Position numbers and translations under genes: made by a program. Positions 1 to 9,220 of a DNA stretch of 53,474 nt are shown here, in pieces. The stretch is from positions 1 to 53,474 of the forward strand of contig JAXGUU010000001.1 in assembly GCA_040774145.1 (NCBI GenBank), written 5' to 3'. The notes beneath the pieces are model-generated. The model had not been told where the DNA came from, did not search any database, and saw only the letters and a program-made list of their open reading frames with translations. Source of the DNA: Anaerolineae bacterium. Its GTDB lineage: Bacteria; Chloroflexota; Anaerolineae; B4-G1; SLSP01. The stretch's first letter is position 1. The number at the start of each line of letters is the position of its first letter.

Positions 1-3000
1 ACCAGGTGCCGGATCTGGCGTTCGCGCATCGCGCGCATGGCAGCAACGTCGAAAGATCCACCTCGATAGACATGGTCGTCGCGTTGCGCGACGATGGTCG
101 ACCCCAGCCCCGAGTTGCCGGCGATGGGTCTGAGCTTCACCAGGGCTTGACGCTCATAGGCCCAGGCCGGCCCATCCGGCGCGAAATAGCGCCGAAAGGC
201 CTCCAGGGACACCGCCATGCTGCCCGCCTTACCATAGGGGCGGAGCTGGAGGTCGATCTCAAAGATGCCCGCCCGCTTGGTCCTGATGACCTGTAGGAAC
301 ATCTGCACGAGCTTCTCGTAGAACTCCGCCGTCGTGATGACGTGGGGGCCTGACGTCGTGCCGTTACCGCTGTAGATGAACATCAACTCGATGTCGGACG
401 CGAAGCCCAACTCACGTCCTCCGCACTTGCCCAGGGCGCACACGCTCATCTCGCTGACCTCACCGCTCTCCAGATAGGGCGTGCCGTAACGTGTGCGCAG
501 ATCCTCATGACACAGATGATAGATAGCGTTGACGACCACCTCGGCGAGGGCGGTGAGCTCCTCCGAGAAATCCCAGAACTCCTTCGTGTGACCCAAGATG
601 TGACGCATGTCAATGCGAAACATCTCACGATCCTTGAAATCGTTCAGGGTATCGGCCCAAGCACTCTCGTGAGTGGGCGATTGCGGGCCTGCGTGAACCA
701 CGGCGAGAGCCGCCTCGAGTTCCCGTTGCAGTTGCTCCCGCGTCTTCTGGGTTGCCAGGGCATCGGCGTCGCGCACAACGGGGAAGAGGTTGGCGTATTG
801 CATTCTCAGGAAGTCGTCCCAAAGGAACTCGCTGACGCCTAGGAGATGAGCGAGGTTATTGAGCACTTCGGGGTTCTCGAGTGATGCCAGTTCGCCGGGC
901 CAGTCGGGTTGACGGAAAAGCTGGTCGATGAACTCCCGGAAGTGCAAGAGCGCCGTCTCGGGGTCGGGTGTACGCGGCAACAGGTGGGTGAAGTGTTTGG
1001 TCAGTGCTACTGCGGCACGCAACTCGCGCTGCTTCTCTGGTGATACGATCTTGCGATCGTTGGCATCGGTCACAAAGAGGGTGTCATGCGCGCGTTCTCC
1101 GAAGGACTCGACGCTCACCCGTCCGATATAGATGCGGCTGTAGGCCAGGGCGTTCGTGAGCTCATAGAGGAACCCCAGGGTGTCCGGGGCGGTGATGTGC
1201 AGCACGGTATATCGATCGGAGGTCTCGTTGTCGATCCGGATCTCGACGGGATAAAGCGTCGGTTCGCCCTCCAGGGTTGTGGCGACCGCGGCGGCGACTC
1301 GATTGGCGAGGGCCCCATGCGCTGCCTGGGCTTGTCCGTGTAGCGCGCGCCGGAGCAGACCGGTCAGTTCGTCGGCATACGCTCGCCAGATTGTATCGTC
1401 GGCCTCGGTGTGCACGGCGTGGACCATGAAGACGTCGACGATCTTGCGGTGCGCCGGATGGGGACGTTGGGGCGCTCCTGCGGTCGCTGGTTCGTAGGTG
1501 AAGACCTGCCCCTCTTCAATGGAGAAGCCGTAGACGAAGAGTAGACCACAGATGAGTGAGAGCTCTCCGGGTTGGTCGAAGCCGACGATCGTCACGCGCC
1601 AGCGTTCGTCATCTAGAGCTGTTGCCTCGACCTCGATGAGGTGCCCGTCGTCGGGCGCCGGTGCATCGCCGAGGCGCGACGCCAGGAGCGCGTGGCGCCG
1701 GATCTCCTGGGGTGTGAAGACCGTCGTGTAGGCGGCATCCATCCGGGCGATGTGTGCACTGCTGGTCCCGTTCGATTGTAGCGTCGTCGGCTCTTCGTTC
1801 ATTGGTGGTTCCCCCAGGAACTTCAGATAGACGGCTCTGATCGCTGCCCGGTGCTCCTCGTAACGGTTGATGAAGAGCTGACCGGCGGAGCGGCCCGTGA
1901 AGCCGAGTCGCTGGGCCAACTGGGTCAACGACATCAGGTCCTCAGGAAGGGCATGCGTCTGACGATAGTGCATCATCTGGAGGTAGTGTTCGATGGTGCG
2001 CAGGAAGATGTAGCCGTCGGTCAGGATGCGGGTATCGCGTTGAGCCAGGTATCCATGGGCGGTCAGACGGTTGAGCGCGTCGAGGGTGTTGGATGTGCAG
2101 ACAGCCGGATGCTCTCTCCCATGGGCCAGCTGCAGGTACTGGACGACGAACTCGATATCACGGATCGATCCCTCCCCAAGCTTGACCTCGCCCCAGGTCT
2201 GCCCGCGACGGCGGAGGTGGCTCTCCGTCAGCTGTTTCATCGTGCGCACGCTTTCGCGGGCGGTGGTGTCGGAGACATCGAAGAAGAGGGGGCGGGCCTC
2301 TGCCAAGAAGCGCTCACCCAATGCCGCGTCGCCGGCGACGATGCGGGCTTTCAGCAGCGCCTGCTTCTCCCACACGCGTGCGTGTTCTCGCAAATAGGTC
2401 AGGTAACCGTCGACGGATGTAACCAGCGGGCCGGAGCGGCCCCACGGACGTAAGCGCATATCCACGCGATAGAGGAAGCCCTCCGCAGTCACCTGCGTCA
2501 AGCCCTCGATGAGGCGCTCACCCAGCTGCCGGTGGCCATCGGTGATGTCCTTCGCTAGAAAGAGCAGGTCGATGTCTGAGCTATAGTTGAGCTCAAAGCC
2601 GCCAAGCTTCCCCAGTGCCAGCACAACGAAGCCCGCGGGCCGCCCGTCTCGGGGTGGGGTGTCCGTGCCCGCGGCGTGCAGAAGGCAAGCCTGGATCAAG
2701 CGGTCGGCCAGCGTCGAGAGCTGTGCCGTGATGACGGGCACATCCAGCAGATCCAGTAGATCACAGGCACCGATGCGCAGCAGTTCGCTGCGTTGAAAGC
2801 GTCGCAGGCCATCGAGGTAGGCCAGGTCAGCGGAGAACTCGAGTGGTCGAGGCAAAGGGAGGTGCTGGTGATCCACCAGAAGGCCGGCGTACTCGGGATT
2901 GCGCAGCAGGATCTCGGTGAGGAACTGACTGCCGGCGAAGAGTCTGACCAGGATGTCGGTCGCACGTAGGTTGTCGGCGAGCCAGGTCACCTGACCTCTC

Positions 3001-3263
3001 ATGGATGGACTGCTCTGTAGGAAGCGTTCCAGGTTGACCAAAACGCGGTCGGGGTTTGGGGTCTCGGCCAGCACGGTCAAGAGAGACGGCATCAGTTCGG
3101 CAAGGGCCTGTGTGGCACCGGATCGCTCCGCGATGCGACGGAGGCGCCGATACGCTCCCACGCAATCAGCGAAGCCGATGGGATGCAACCAACAACTGAT
3201 ATCGTCGGCGCTTGGCTCCTCGCAAAGCAACTCGTGGGAGGCGTGAGAGGCGATTGGGATCAT
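1..3263 (-). CDS. glnE: Glutamine synthetase adenylyltransferase / adenylyl-removing enzyme (GlnE-type). The C-terminal end lies beyond the window edge. Two ACT-like domains sit between the two nucleotidyltransferase modules.
   Basis: The minus-strand frame is open from ATG at 3263 to position 1. It is missing from the ORF track because no stop lies in the window. My own translation shows GKLGGFELNYSSDIDLLF and YRVDMRLRPWGRSGPL (first NT/GlnE module). Two ACT-like segments follow (RWRVTIVGFDQPGELSLICGLL, YTVLHITAPDTLGFLYELTNAL). A second NT motif GKCGGRELGFASDIELMF and DLQLRPYG come after them. No other minus-frame ORF in the track shares this frame. Confidence 0.8.
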   Translation of the reverse strand, partial: MIPIASHASHELLCEEPSADDISCWLHPIGFADCVGAYRRLRRIAERSGATQALAELMPSLLTVLAETPNPDRVLVNLERFLQSSPSMRGQVTWLADNLRATDILVRLFAGSQFLTEILLRNPEYAGLLVDHQHLPLPRPLEFSADLAYLDGLRRFQRSELLRIGACDLLDLLDVPVITAQLSTLADRLIQACLLHAAGTDTPPRDGRPAGFVVLALGKLGGFELNYSSDIDLLFLAKDITDGHRQLGERLIEGLTQVTAEGFLYRVDMRLRPWGRSGPLVTSVDGYLTYLREHARVWEKQALLKARIVAGDAALGERFLAEARPLFFDVSDTTARESVRTMKQLTESHLRRRGQTWGEVKLGEGSIRDIEFVVQYLQLAHGREHPAVCTSNTLDALNRLTAHGYLAQRDTRILTDGYIFLRTIEHYLQMMHYRQTHALPEDLMSLTQLAQRLGFTGRSAGQLFINRYEEHRAAIRAVYLKFLGEPPMNEEPTTLQSNGTSSAHIARMDAAYTTVFTPQEIRRHALLASRLGDAPAPDDGHLIEVEATALDDERWRVTIVGFDQPGELSLICGLLFVYGFSIEEGQVFTYEPATAGAPQRPHPAHRKIVDVFMVHAVHTEADDTIWRAYADELTGLLRRALHGQAQAAHGALANRVAAAVATTLEGEPTLYPVEIRIDNETSDRYTVLHITAPDTLGFLYELTNALAYSRIYIGRVSVESFGERAHDTLFVTDANDRKIVSPEKQRELRAAVALTKHFTHLLPRTPDPETALLHFREFIDQLFRQPDWPGELASLENPEVLNNLAHLLGVSEFLWDDFLRMQYANLFPVVRDADALATQKTREQLQRELEAALAVVHAGPQSPTHESAWADTLNDFKDREMFRIDMRHILGHTKEFWDFSEELTALAEVVVNAIYHLCHEDLRTRYGTPYLESGEVSEMSVCALGKCGGRELGFASDIELMFIYSGNGTTSGPHVITTAEFYEKLVQMFLQVIRTKRAGIFEIDLQLRPYGKAGSMAVSLEAFRRYFAPDGPAWAYERQALVKLRPIAGNSGLGSTIVAQRDDHVYRGGSFDVAAMRAMRERQIRHL

Positions 3264-3270
3264 AGGGCTG

Positions 3271-3299
3271 ATTATAGGAAGCGCTCACGTGGTTGTCAA
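3271..3299 (-). promoter_or_regulatory. Consensus sigma70-type promoter for glnE (TTGACA-17 nt-TATAAT), ending 7 nt before the ATG
   Basis: The minus strand reads TTGACA (3299-3294), a 17-nt spacer, TATAAT (3276-3271), then CAGCCCT and ATG (3263-3261). There is no Shine-Dalgarno sequence in between. Confidence 0.55.
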
Positions 3300-3343
3300 C
3301 GTGAGTATGGCGGGTGACCTATGAAGATGGCCCGTTTGGGTCA

Positions 3344-3372
3344 TAGACAGGTCGGGTTGAGCGCCTTATGAT
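3344..3372 (+). promoter_or_regulatory. Candidate glnA promoter (TAGACA-17 nt-TATGAT)
   Basis: TAGACA at 3344-3349 and TATGAT at 3367-3372 with a 17-nt spacer. This leaves a leader of roughly 50 nt carrying AAGGAG (3422-3427) before the glnA ATG. Confidence 0.4.
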
Positions 3373-3431
3373 ACGGGCGTAATCCTTTGAGGGGTGCATG
3401 GATACGACAGACCATCGGGTCAAGGAGAGAC

Positions 3432-4844
<1,413 letters not shown>

Positions 4845-4853
4845 TCTCAGCCT

Positions 4854-4952
4854 AGCGTGGGGTCTTTCCGGCATGGTCCTGACAGCGCTCTTGGGGAAGA
4901 GCGCCGGAGGAGGAGAGGTGCTTGTTGGACTGTGCCGGGAAGGCCCCACGCT
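4854..4952 (+). other. Nested RNA stem-loop element immediately downstream of glnA
   Basis: AGCGTGGGGTCTTTCCGGCA (4854-4873) pairs over 20 consecutive positions with TGCCGGGAAGGCCCCACGCT (4933-4952). Two of those pairs are G-U on the + transcript. The outer helix encloses an 8-bp hairpin GCGCTCTT-GGGG-AAGAGCGC (4885-4904) and a purine run GGAGGAGGAGAGG. No U-tract follows. Confidence 0.5.
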
Positions 4953-4991
4953 GTTGCAACCGATGAATGGCGTTGTTCGAGATGGCGATCA

Positions 4992-5000
4992 TGTTACAAT
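4992..5000 (+). promoter_or_regulatory. Extended -10 element (TGtTACAAT) 8 nt upstream of the histidine-kinase ATG
   Basis: TG at 4992-4993, TACAAT at 4995-5000, ATG at 5009. There is no Shine-Dalgarno sequence in GCCGCTAG. Confidence 0.3.
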
Positions 5001-5008
5001 GCCGCTAG

Positions 5009-7288
5009 ATGTCACATCCTGCGTCAGCAGTACGTCGTAGCGAGATCCATCCGGAGGAAGCCGGTTCCCTGACTCCGGAGATCCTGCGCCGCCTCAACCG
5101 GATCGGGGCAGCGATCAATCGCCTCGCCCCTCGGGGCTACGTCAGCGTCGACACGCTCAGCCTCAAGGAAGTGCTGTCCCTCATCGCTGAAGGCCTCGTG
5201 GACCTGGTAGCGGAATCCACGGCGGTGCTCTACGCCTACGACAACGTCGAGGGCCGCTTCGATCTCGCCTCTCAGGTCTTCGCGGGCGATCCTGATTCGA
5301 GCGTGCCTTACGATCCGCCGCGTCCTGATGGGTTGGGTATGCGCGCCGTCCGGCGACGGGAACCCATCTTCTCCTACGAGGAACCTGATATGTCGATGGT
5401 CGATCGGGCCGCACGAACGGGGGTCCGGACCGTCGTCGCTCATCCGCTCATCGTCGCCTATCAGCCTGTGGGTGTTCTCTACGTGTACCTGCGCTGTGCC
5501 GAGCGCTTCTCGCCCCTTGATCAGCTGCTCATCGCCACGCTGGCGAATCATGCCGCGATGGCGATCCATCAAGCACGTCGCATGTCCGACACTCAACGCG
5601 AGCTCGTGCGCACCGAGGAAGCGATCGACCGTCTGTGGCGCGCCGGCATGCTTATCTCATCCAGGTTGGGCCTCGATGAAACGCTGGAGGCCATTCTCCA
5701 GATGGCGCTCGATGTCACTGGTGCTCACCATGGCATCTTCCGCCTGGTCGATGAGGAGAGATCGCGCCTTGTGGCACGTGCCATTGCCGGAGCTCCCGGA
5801 CGTCCGCAGATGGAGGATCTTGCCATCGACGGCAGCAGCATCATGGGATGGGTAGCTGCACATCGTCAGTCGCTCTGTATTCATGATCTCGAGGCCGCGC
5901 CCTGGGTTCAGCTCTATCATCCGCTGGACGCCGATCTGCACATGCGGTCCGAGCTGGCTGTGTCGTTGGTGGGCGCCGGCGGCAGGCTGGAGGGGGTACT
6001 CAATCTGGAGAGCCCGCTCGTCGGTGCTTTTGACGATCAGGATCGGCATCTACTGCAGTCTCTGGCGACCCAGGCCGTGATCGCGATCCAGGAGGCCCGG
6101 CTACTCGATGCACTGCTCGACGTGGCCCGTCTGCTACTGCTGGAGCCTGCGGAGGCTGTCTTGCAGCGTCTGGTCGAGCAGGCTTGCGATTTGCTGAACG
6201 CTTCGGCTAGCGCGATCTGGCTGCGAGAGGGCGATGAGCTGGTCCTTGAGGTCACCACCGAGGGCTGGCAGCGGGGTGATCGGTTGCCGTTGCTCAACAG
6301 CCTGACCGGTCAGGCTGTTCTCGGACGCGTACCGGTGATCTCGGACGACGTGCGGAGGGATGCTCGGTTTTTTCGCGCCGATCTGGCCCATCAGCAGGGC
6401 TGGACCCGGGCCCTCATCGTGCCTTTGCTGTCGAGTGATGGTCAGGAGGCGATGGGGGCCTTCAGCGTCTATGGGGTATTGGGTGAGTCCGCCGGCTTTA
6501 CCGAGTCGACGTGGGACGAGAAGGTCTTGACGTGCTTGGCTCATTACGGAGCCCTGGCGCTCCAGAACGCCGAACACCAGCAGGCGCTGCGCCTGGCTCA
6601 AGAGCGCCGCGCCGTGGCGGAGACCTTCGCTGCCGTGGGCGATGTGGCTGCAAACGTCCTTCACCACCTCAACAACAAGGTTGGTACCATCCCGGTGCGC
6701 GTGCAGGGCATACGGGCCAAGTCCGCAGCGGCATTGGACGGCGACCCCTATCTGGCCGCTAACCTTTTTGAGGTCGAGCGCAGCGCTCGGGAGGCGATGG
6801 ATGCCGTTCGGGAGAGCTTGACGTTTCTCCATCCGATCCATGCGACGCCGGTCGATGTCGCCGATTGTATCCGGCGCGCACTTGACGCTGTGGAGCTGCC
6901 TGAGGGCATTGAGGTGCGGTGTGAGGATCTCGATGACCTGCCGCAGGTCAAGGCCGGCGACCGCAGTTTGGTCTTTGCCTTCACCAATCTGTTGGAGAAC
7001 GCGCTGGCGGCGATGGCGGGGGCCGGAGAGGTGCTGATCCGCGGGCGAGCTGAGGGGCATTGGGTCGAGATCGAGGTTGCGGACGATGGCCCCGGTATAC
7101 CTGCGATCTATCACGAACTGATCTTCGAGCTCTCCCCACCCGAACGAGCCGTGCGGCGCAACGGAAAGCTCGGTTTCGGTCTCTGGTGGGTCAAGACGCT
7201 GTTGATGCGGCTGGGCGGGGCGGTCACCGTGGAAAGCGACGGCGTGCGCGGCACGCTCTTCCGGCTCAGGTTGCCGCGGGTGGAGTGA
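5009..7288 (+). CDS. Multi-GAF sensor histidine kinase
   Basis: 759 aa with a long N-terminal region showing repeated GAF-like blocks. The H-box-like segment is [14 protein letters not shown]. ATPase boxes are [12 protein letters not shown] (N), VADDGPGIP (G1) and [11 protein letters not shown] (G2). The stop lies 4 nt before the regulator gene. Confidence 0.8.
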   Translation: MSHPASAVRRSEIHPEEAGSLTPEILRRLNRIGAAINRLAPRGYVSVDTLSLKEVLSLIAEGLVDLVAESTAVLYAYDNVEGRFDLASQVFAGDPDSSVPYDPPRPDGLGMRAVRRREPIFSYEEPDMSMVDRAARTGVRTVVAHPLIVAYQPVGVLYVYLRCAERFSPLDQLLIATLANHAAMAIHQARRMSDTQRELVRTEEAIDRLWRAGMLISSRLGLDETLEAILQMALDVTGAHHGIFRLVDEERSRLVARAIAGAPGRPQMEDLAIDGSSIMGWVAAHRQSLCIHDLEAAPWVQLYHPLDADLHMRSELAVSLVGAGGRLEGVLNLESPLVGAFDDQDRHLLQSLATQAVIAIQEARLLDALLDVARLLLLEPAEAVLQRLVEQACDLLNASASAIWLREGDELVLEVTTEGWQRGDRLPLLNSLTGQAVLGRVPVISDDVRRDARFFRADLAHQQGWTRALIVPLLSSDGQEAMGAFSVYGVLGESAGFTESTWDEKVLTCLAHYGALALQNAEHQQALRLAQERRAVAETFAAVGDVAANVLHHLNNKVGTIPVRVQGIRAKSAAALDGDPYLAANLFEVERSAREAMDAVRESLTFLHPIHATPVDVADCIRRALDAVELPEGIEVRCEDLDDLPQVKAGDRSLVFAFTNLLENALAAMAGAGEVLIRGRAEGHWVEIEVADDGPGIPAIYHELIFELSPPERAVRRNGKLGFGLWWVKTLLMRLGGAVTVESDGVRGTLFRLRLPRVE

Positions 7289-7292
7289 CCGG

Positions 7293-8399
7293 ATGTCCGA
7301 GCAGCGTGTCGATCGAGCGCTCGTAGTCGAGGATGAGCCCGCCTGGCAGGAGCTGGTCGGGGAGATCCTGGTGGAATGCGGGCTTGCTGTCGATGTAGCA
7401 GGGACCATGGAGGAGGCCACGTCGCTCATCCGCCGGGTTCCACATCGATTGGCGGTTGTGGACCTGGCCCTGGGTGAGGGTCAGGCAGCCAATCGCGACG
7501 GGTTGAGCGTTCTCGCAGCCCTGAGAGGGCACGACCCTGGCTGCGTGGCGGTCTTGCTCACCGGCTACGCGACGGTTGAATTGGCCGTACAGGCGATGGG
7601 CGAGTATGGCGCCGCGAGTTGTCTGCAGAAGGCGAGTTTCGATCGGGCTGAGTTCCAGACCCTGGTGCAGCGCGCTCTGTCCGCTGAGCTCACGCCTGCG
7701 CGTGGGCTGCGGGACGGCGCCTCGCAGCGCCCGCACGTGGGGCCACGCAGGGGGGATTCCGCTGTGCTGGGCGTCGTCCTGGTGGTCGAAGATGACGCCG
7801 GTTGGCGCGGCATTCTGGCCGAATTGCTCGCCGAGGCGGGCTACCAGGTGCGCCTGTGCAACGGCTATGGAGAGGCGGTCGGCTGCCTGCGTCGCGAGTC
7901 CTATGCCCTGGCGGTGGTCGACCTCGCGCTTAGCGCTGTTCCGTGGGGCGGGCGGTCAGCGGCGAGTGATCTCGACGGTTACCAGCTTCTGGCGCTGGCG
8001 CGGGATGAGGACGTGGTCACGATCGTGGTCAGCGGGATGGTAGATCCGGACGTCATCGAGCGCGCCTACGACGAGTATGGGGTCTTCGCATACCTGGAGA
8101 AGCCCTCATTCGATCGGCGCGCCTTCCTGGAGACGCTGGCTGAGGCGCGAGCGACCACGGCGACCTCGCGGGAGATGGCGGGCCTGACTGCCCGCGAGGC
8201 CGAGGTTCTCGCGCTCCTGGCGCGCGGAAAGACCAACAAGGAGATCGCTGAGTCCTTGGTCATCTCTCCCAACACGGTCAAACGTCATCTGAGGGCGATC
8301 TTCGCCAAGCTGGATGTTCATACCCGAGCTGCCGCTGCTGCCAAGGCCATCGGTGCCGGGATGGATGTCGAGACCGGCGGAAGCCTCGCCCCGCGGTGA
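7293..8399 (+). CDS. Response regulator with two tandem receiver domains and a C-terminal LuxR/NarL-type HTH
   Basis: REC1: LVVEDE ... LAVVDLAL ... VLLTGY ... CLQKAS. REC2: LVVEDD ... LAVVDLAL ... IVVSGM ... YLEKPS. HTH: [45 protein letters not shown]. Confidence 0.85.
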   Translation: MSEQRVDRALVVEDEPAWQELVGEILVECGLAVDVAGTMEEATSLIRRVPHRLAVVDLALGEGQAANRDGLSVLAALRGHDPGCVAVLLTGYATVELAVQAMGEYGAASCLQKASFDRAEFQTLVQRALSAELTPARGLRDGASQRPHVGPRRGDSAVLGVVLVVEDDAGWRGILAELLAEAGYQVRLCNGYGEAVGCLRRESYALAVVDLALSAVPWGGRSAASDLDGYQLLALARDEDVVTIVVSGMVDPDVIERAYDEYGVFAYLEKPSFDRRAFLETLAEARATTATSREMAGLTAREAEVLALLARGKTNKEIAESLVISPNTVKRHLRAIFAKLDVHTRAAAAAKAIGAGMDVETGGSLAPR

Positions 8400-8422
8400 A
8401 GGCCCCGAATCTCAGGGCCTTC
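8398..8422 (+). terminator. Hairpin overlapping the regulator stop codon (weak terminator candidate)
   Basis: GAAGGCCC (8398-8405) pairs with GGGCCTTC (8415-8422) around a 9-nt loop. It is followed by TCTC only. Confidence 0.3.
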
Positions 8423-8485
8423 TCTAGAGTCACCGCCCACCGGGCTCCTAGCCGGGATCGAGCCGGGGGCGACCCGCCGAGAGGC

Positions 8486-8513
8486 TTGCTCAGGACGCGA
8501 ACAAGGGTATACT
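8486..8513 (+). promoter_or_regulatory. Candidate promoter TTGCTC-16 nt-TATACT ahead of the FmdB-like gene
   Basis: TTGCTC at 8486-8491 and TATACT at 8508-8513. The predicted transcript would begin at a perfect 12-bp hairpin GCGTAGGCTCCC / GGGAGCCTACGC (8519-8551). Confidence 0.35.
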
Positions 8514-8623
8514 CTGCTGCGTAGGCTCCCAACCGGTACGGGAGCCTACGCTAATGTCAGGTCCGGCAGACAGGGGAGCGCCTGAGCACCTCGGTCGCTG
8601 CTTGTCTTTTGATGGGGTCGATC

Positions 8624-9190
8624 GTGCCGATCTACGAATATTACTGCCGCGGGTGTCACGGGCGTTTCAGTCACCTCGCTCGTCGGATGGATGCTGCTGC
8701 GCCCCCTTGTCCTCGCTGCGGCAATGAGCACGTGGAGCGTCTCATCTCCGCGAGTCATCTGGTGCACGGTGAGGCGCATCACACGCAGGCATTGCGTGAG
8801 GAGGTCGTAGCGGTGGATCGTGAAGATCCTCAGGCGGCGGCTCGGGCACTCAAGGCATCCGGTCGACTGGAGGATGCCGCCGGTCTCTACGGGAGTAAGG
8901 CTTACCGCGAGCTGATCGAGCGGCGCATTGAGGGTGCTGCGGATGATGATCTTGCGGATCTTGTGGACGATCTGGTCGGTCAAACTGCGCTGACCGAGGC
9001 TGCACAGATGGCGGGCGCCGTTGCCCTGGCCGACAAGGTTGACAACCGGCTTGCAGCGGAAGGTCCACCGGAGCACGTTGCGGACGACGAAGATAGACGA
9101 CAGGCTGGGACGGCACTGCGTGATCGTGAGCACGGCGAGCCGGATGCGGACCGATCACGGCGAAAGGCCCCCGACCTTGGTTGGGGATAA
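8624..9190 (+). CDS. FmdB-family CxxC zinc-ribbon protein with a long acidic C-terminal tail
   Basis: Track ORF 8609..9190 (TTG start). GTG at 8624 gives the family-typical N-terminus (V)PIYEYYCRGCHGRFSHL ... CPRCG. The remainder is Asp/Glu/Ala-rich low-complexity sequence. Confidence 0.65.
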   Translation: MPIYEYYCRGCHGRFSHLARRMDAAAPPCPRCGNEHVERLISASHLVHGEAHHTQALREEVVAVDREDPQAAARALKASGRLEDAAGLYGSKAYRELIERRIEGAADDDLADLVDDLVGQTALTEAAQMAGAVALADKVDNRLAAEGPPEHVADDEDRRQAGTALRDREHGEPDADRSRRKAPDLGWG

Positions 9191-9220
9191 GGCGAGCACA
9201 TCTGAGTTGGAGGGGGTGTG

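Noticed and set aside
3306-3343. NtcA/GlnR/TnrA-type nitrogen boxes in the glnE-glnA spacer (for example GTA-N8-GAC near 3306-3319)
   Set aside because: There are only partial matches to consensus sites remembered from other phyla. The clean palindrome at 3284-3305 is the better-supported element.
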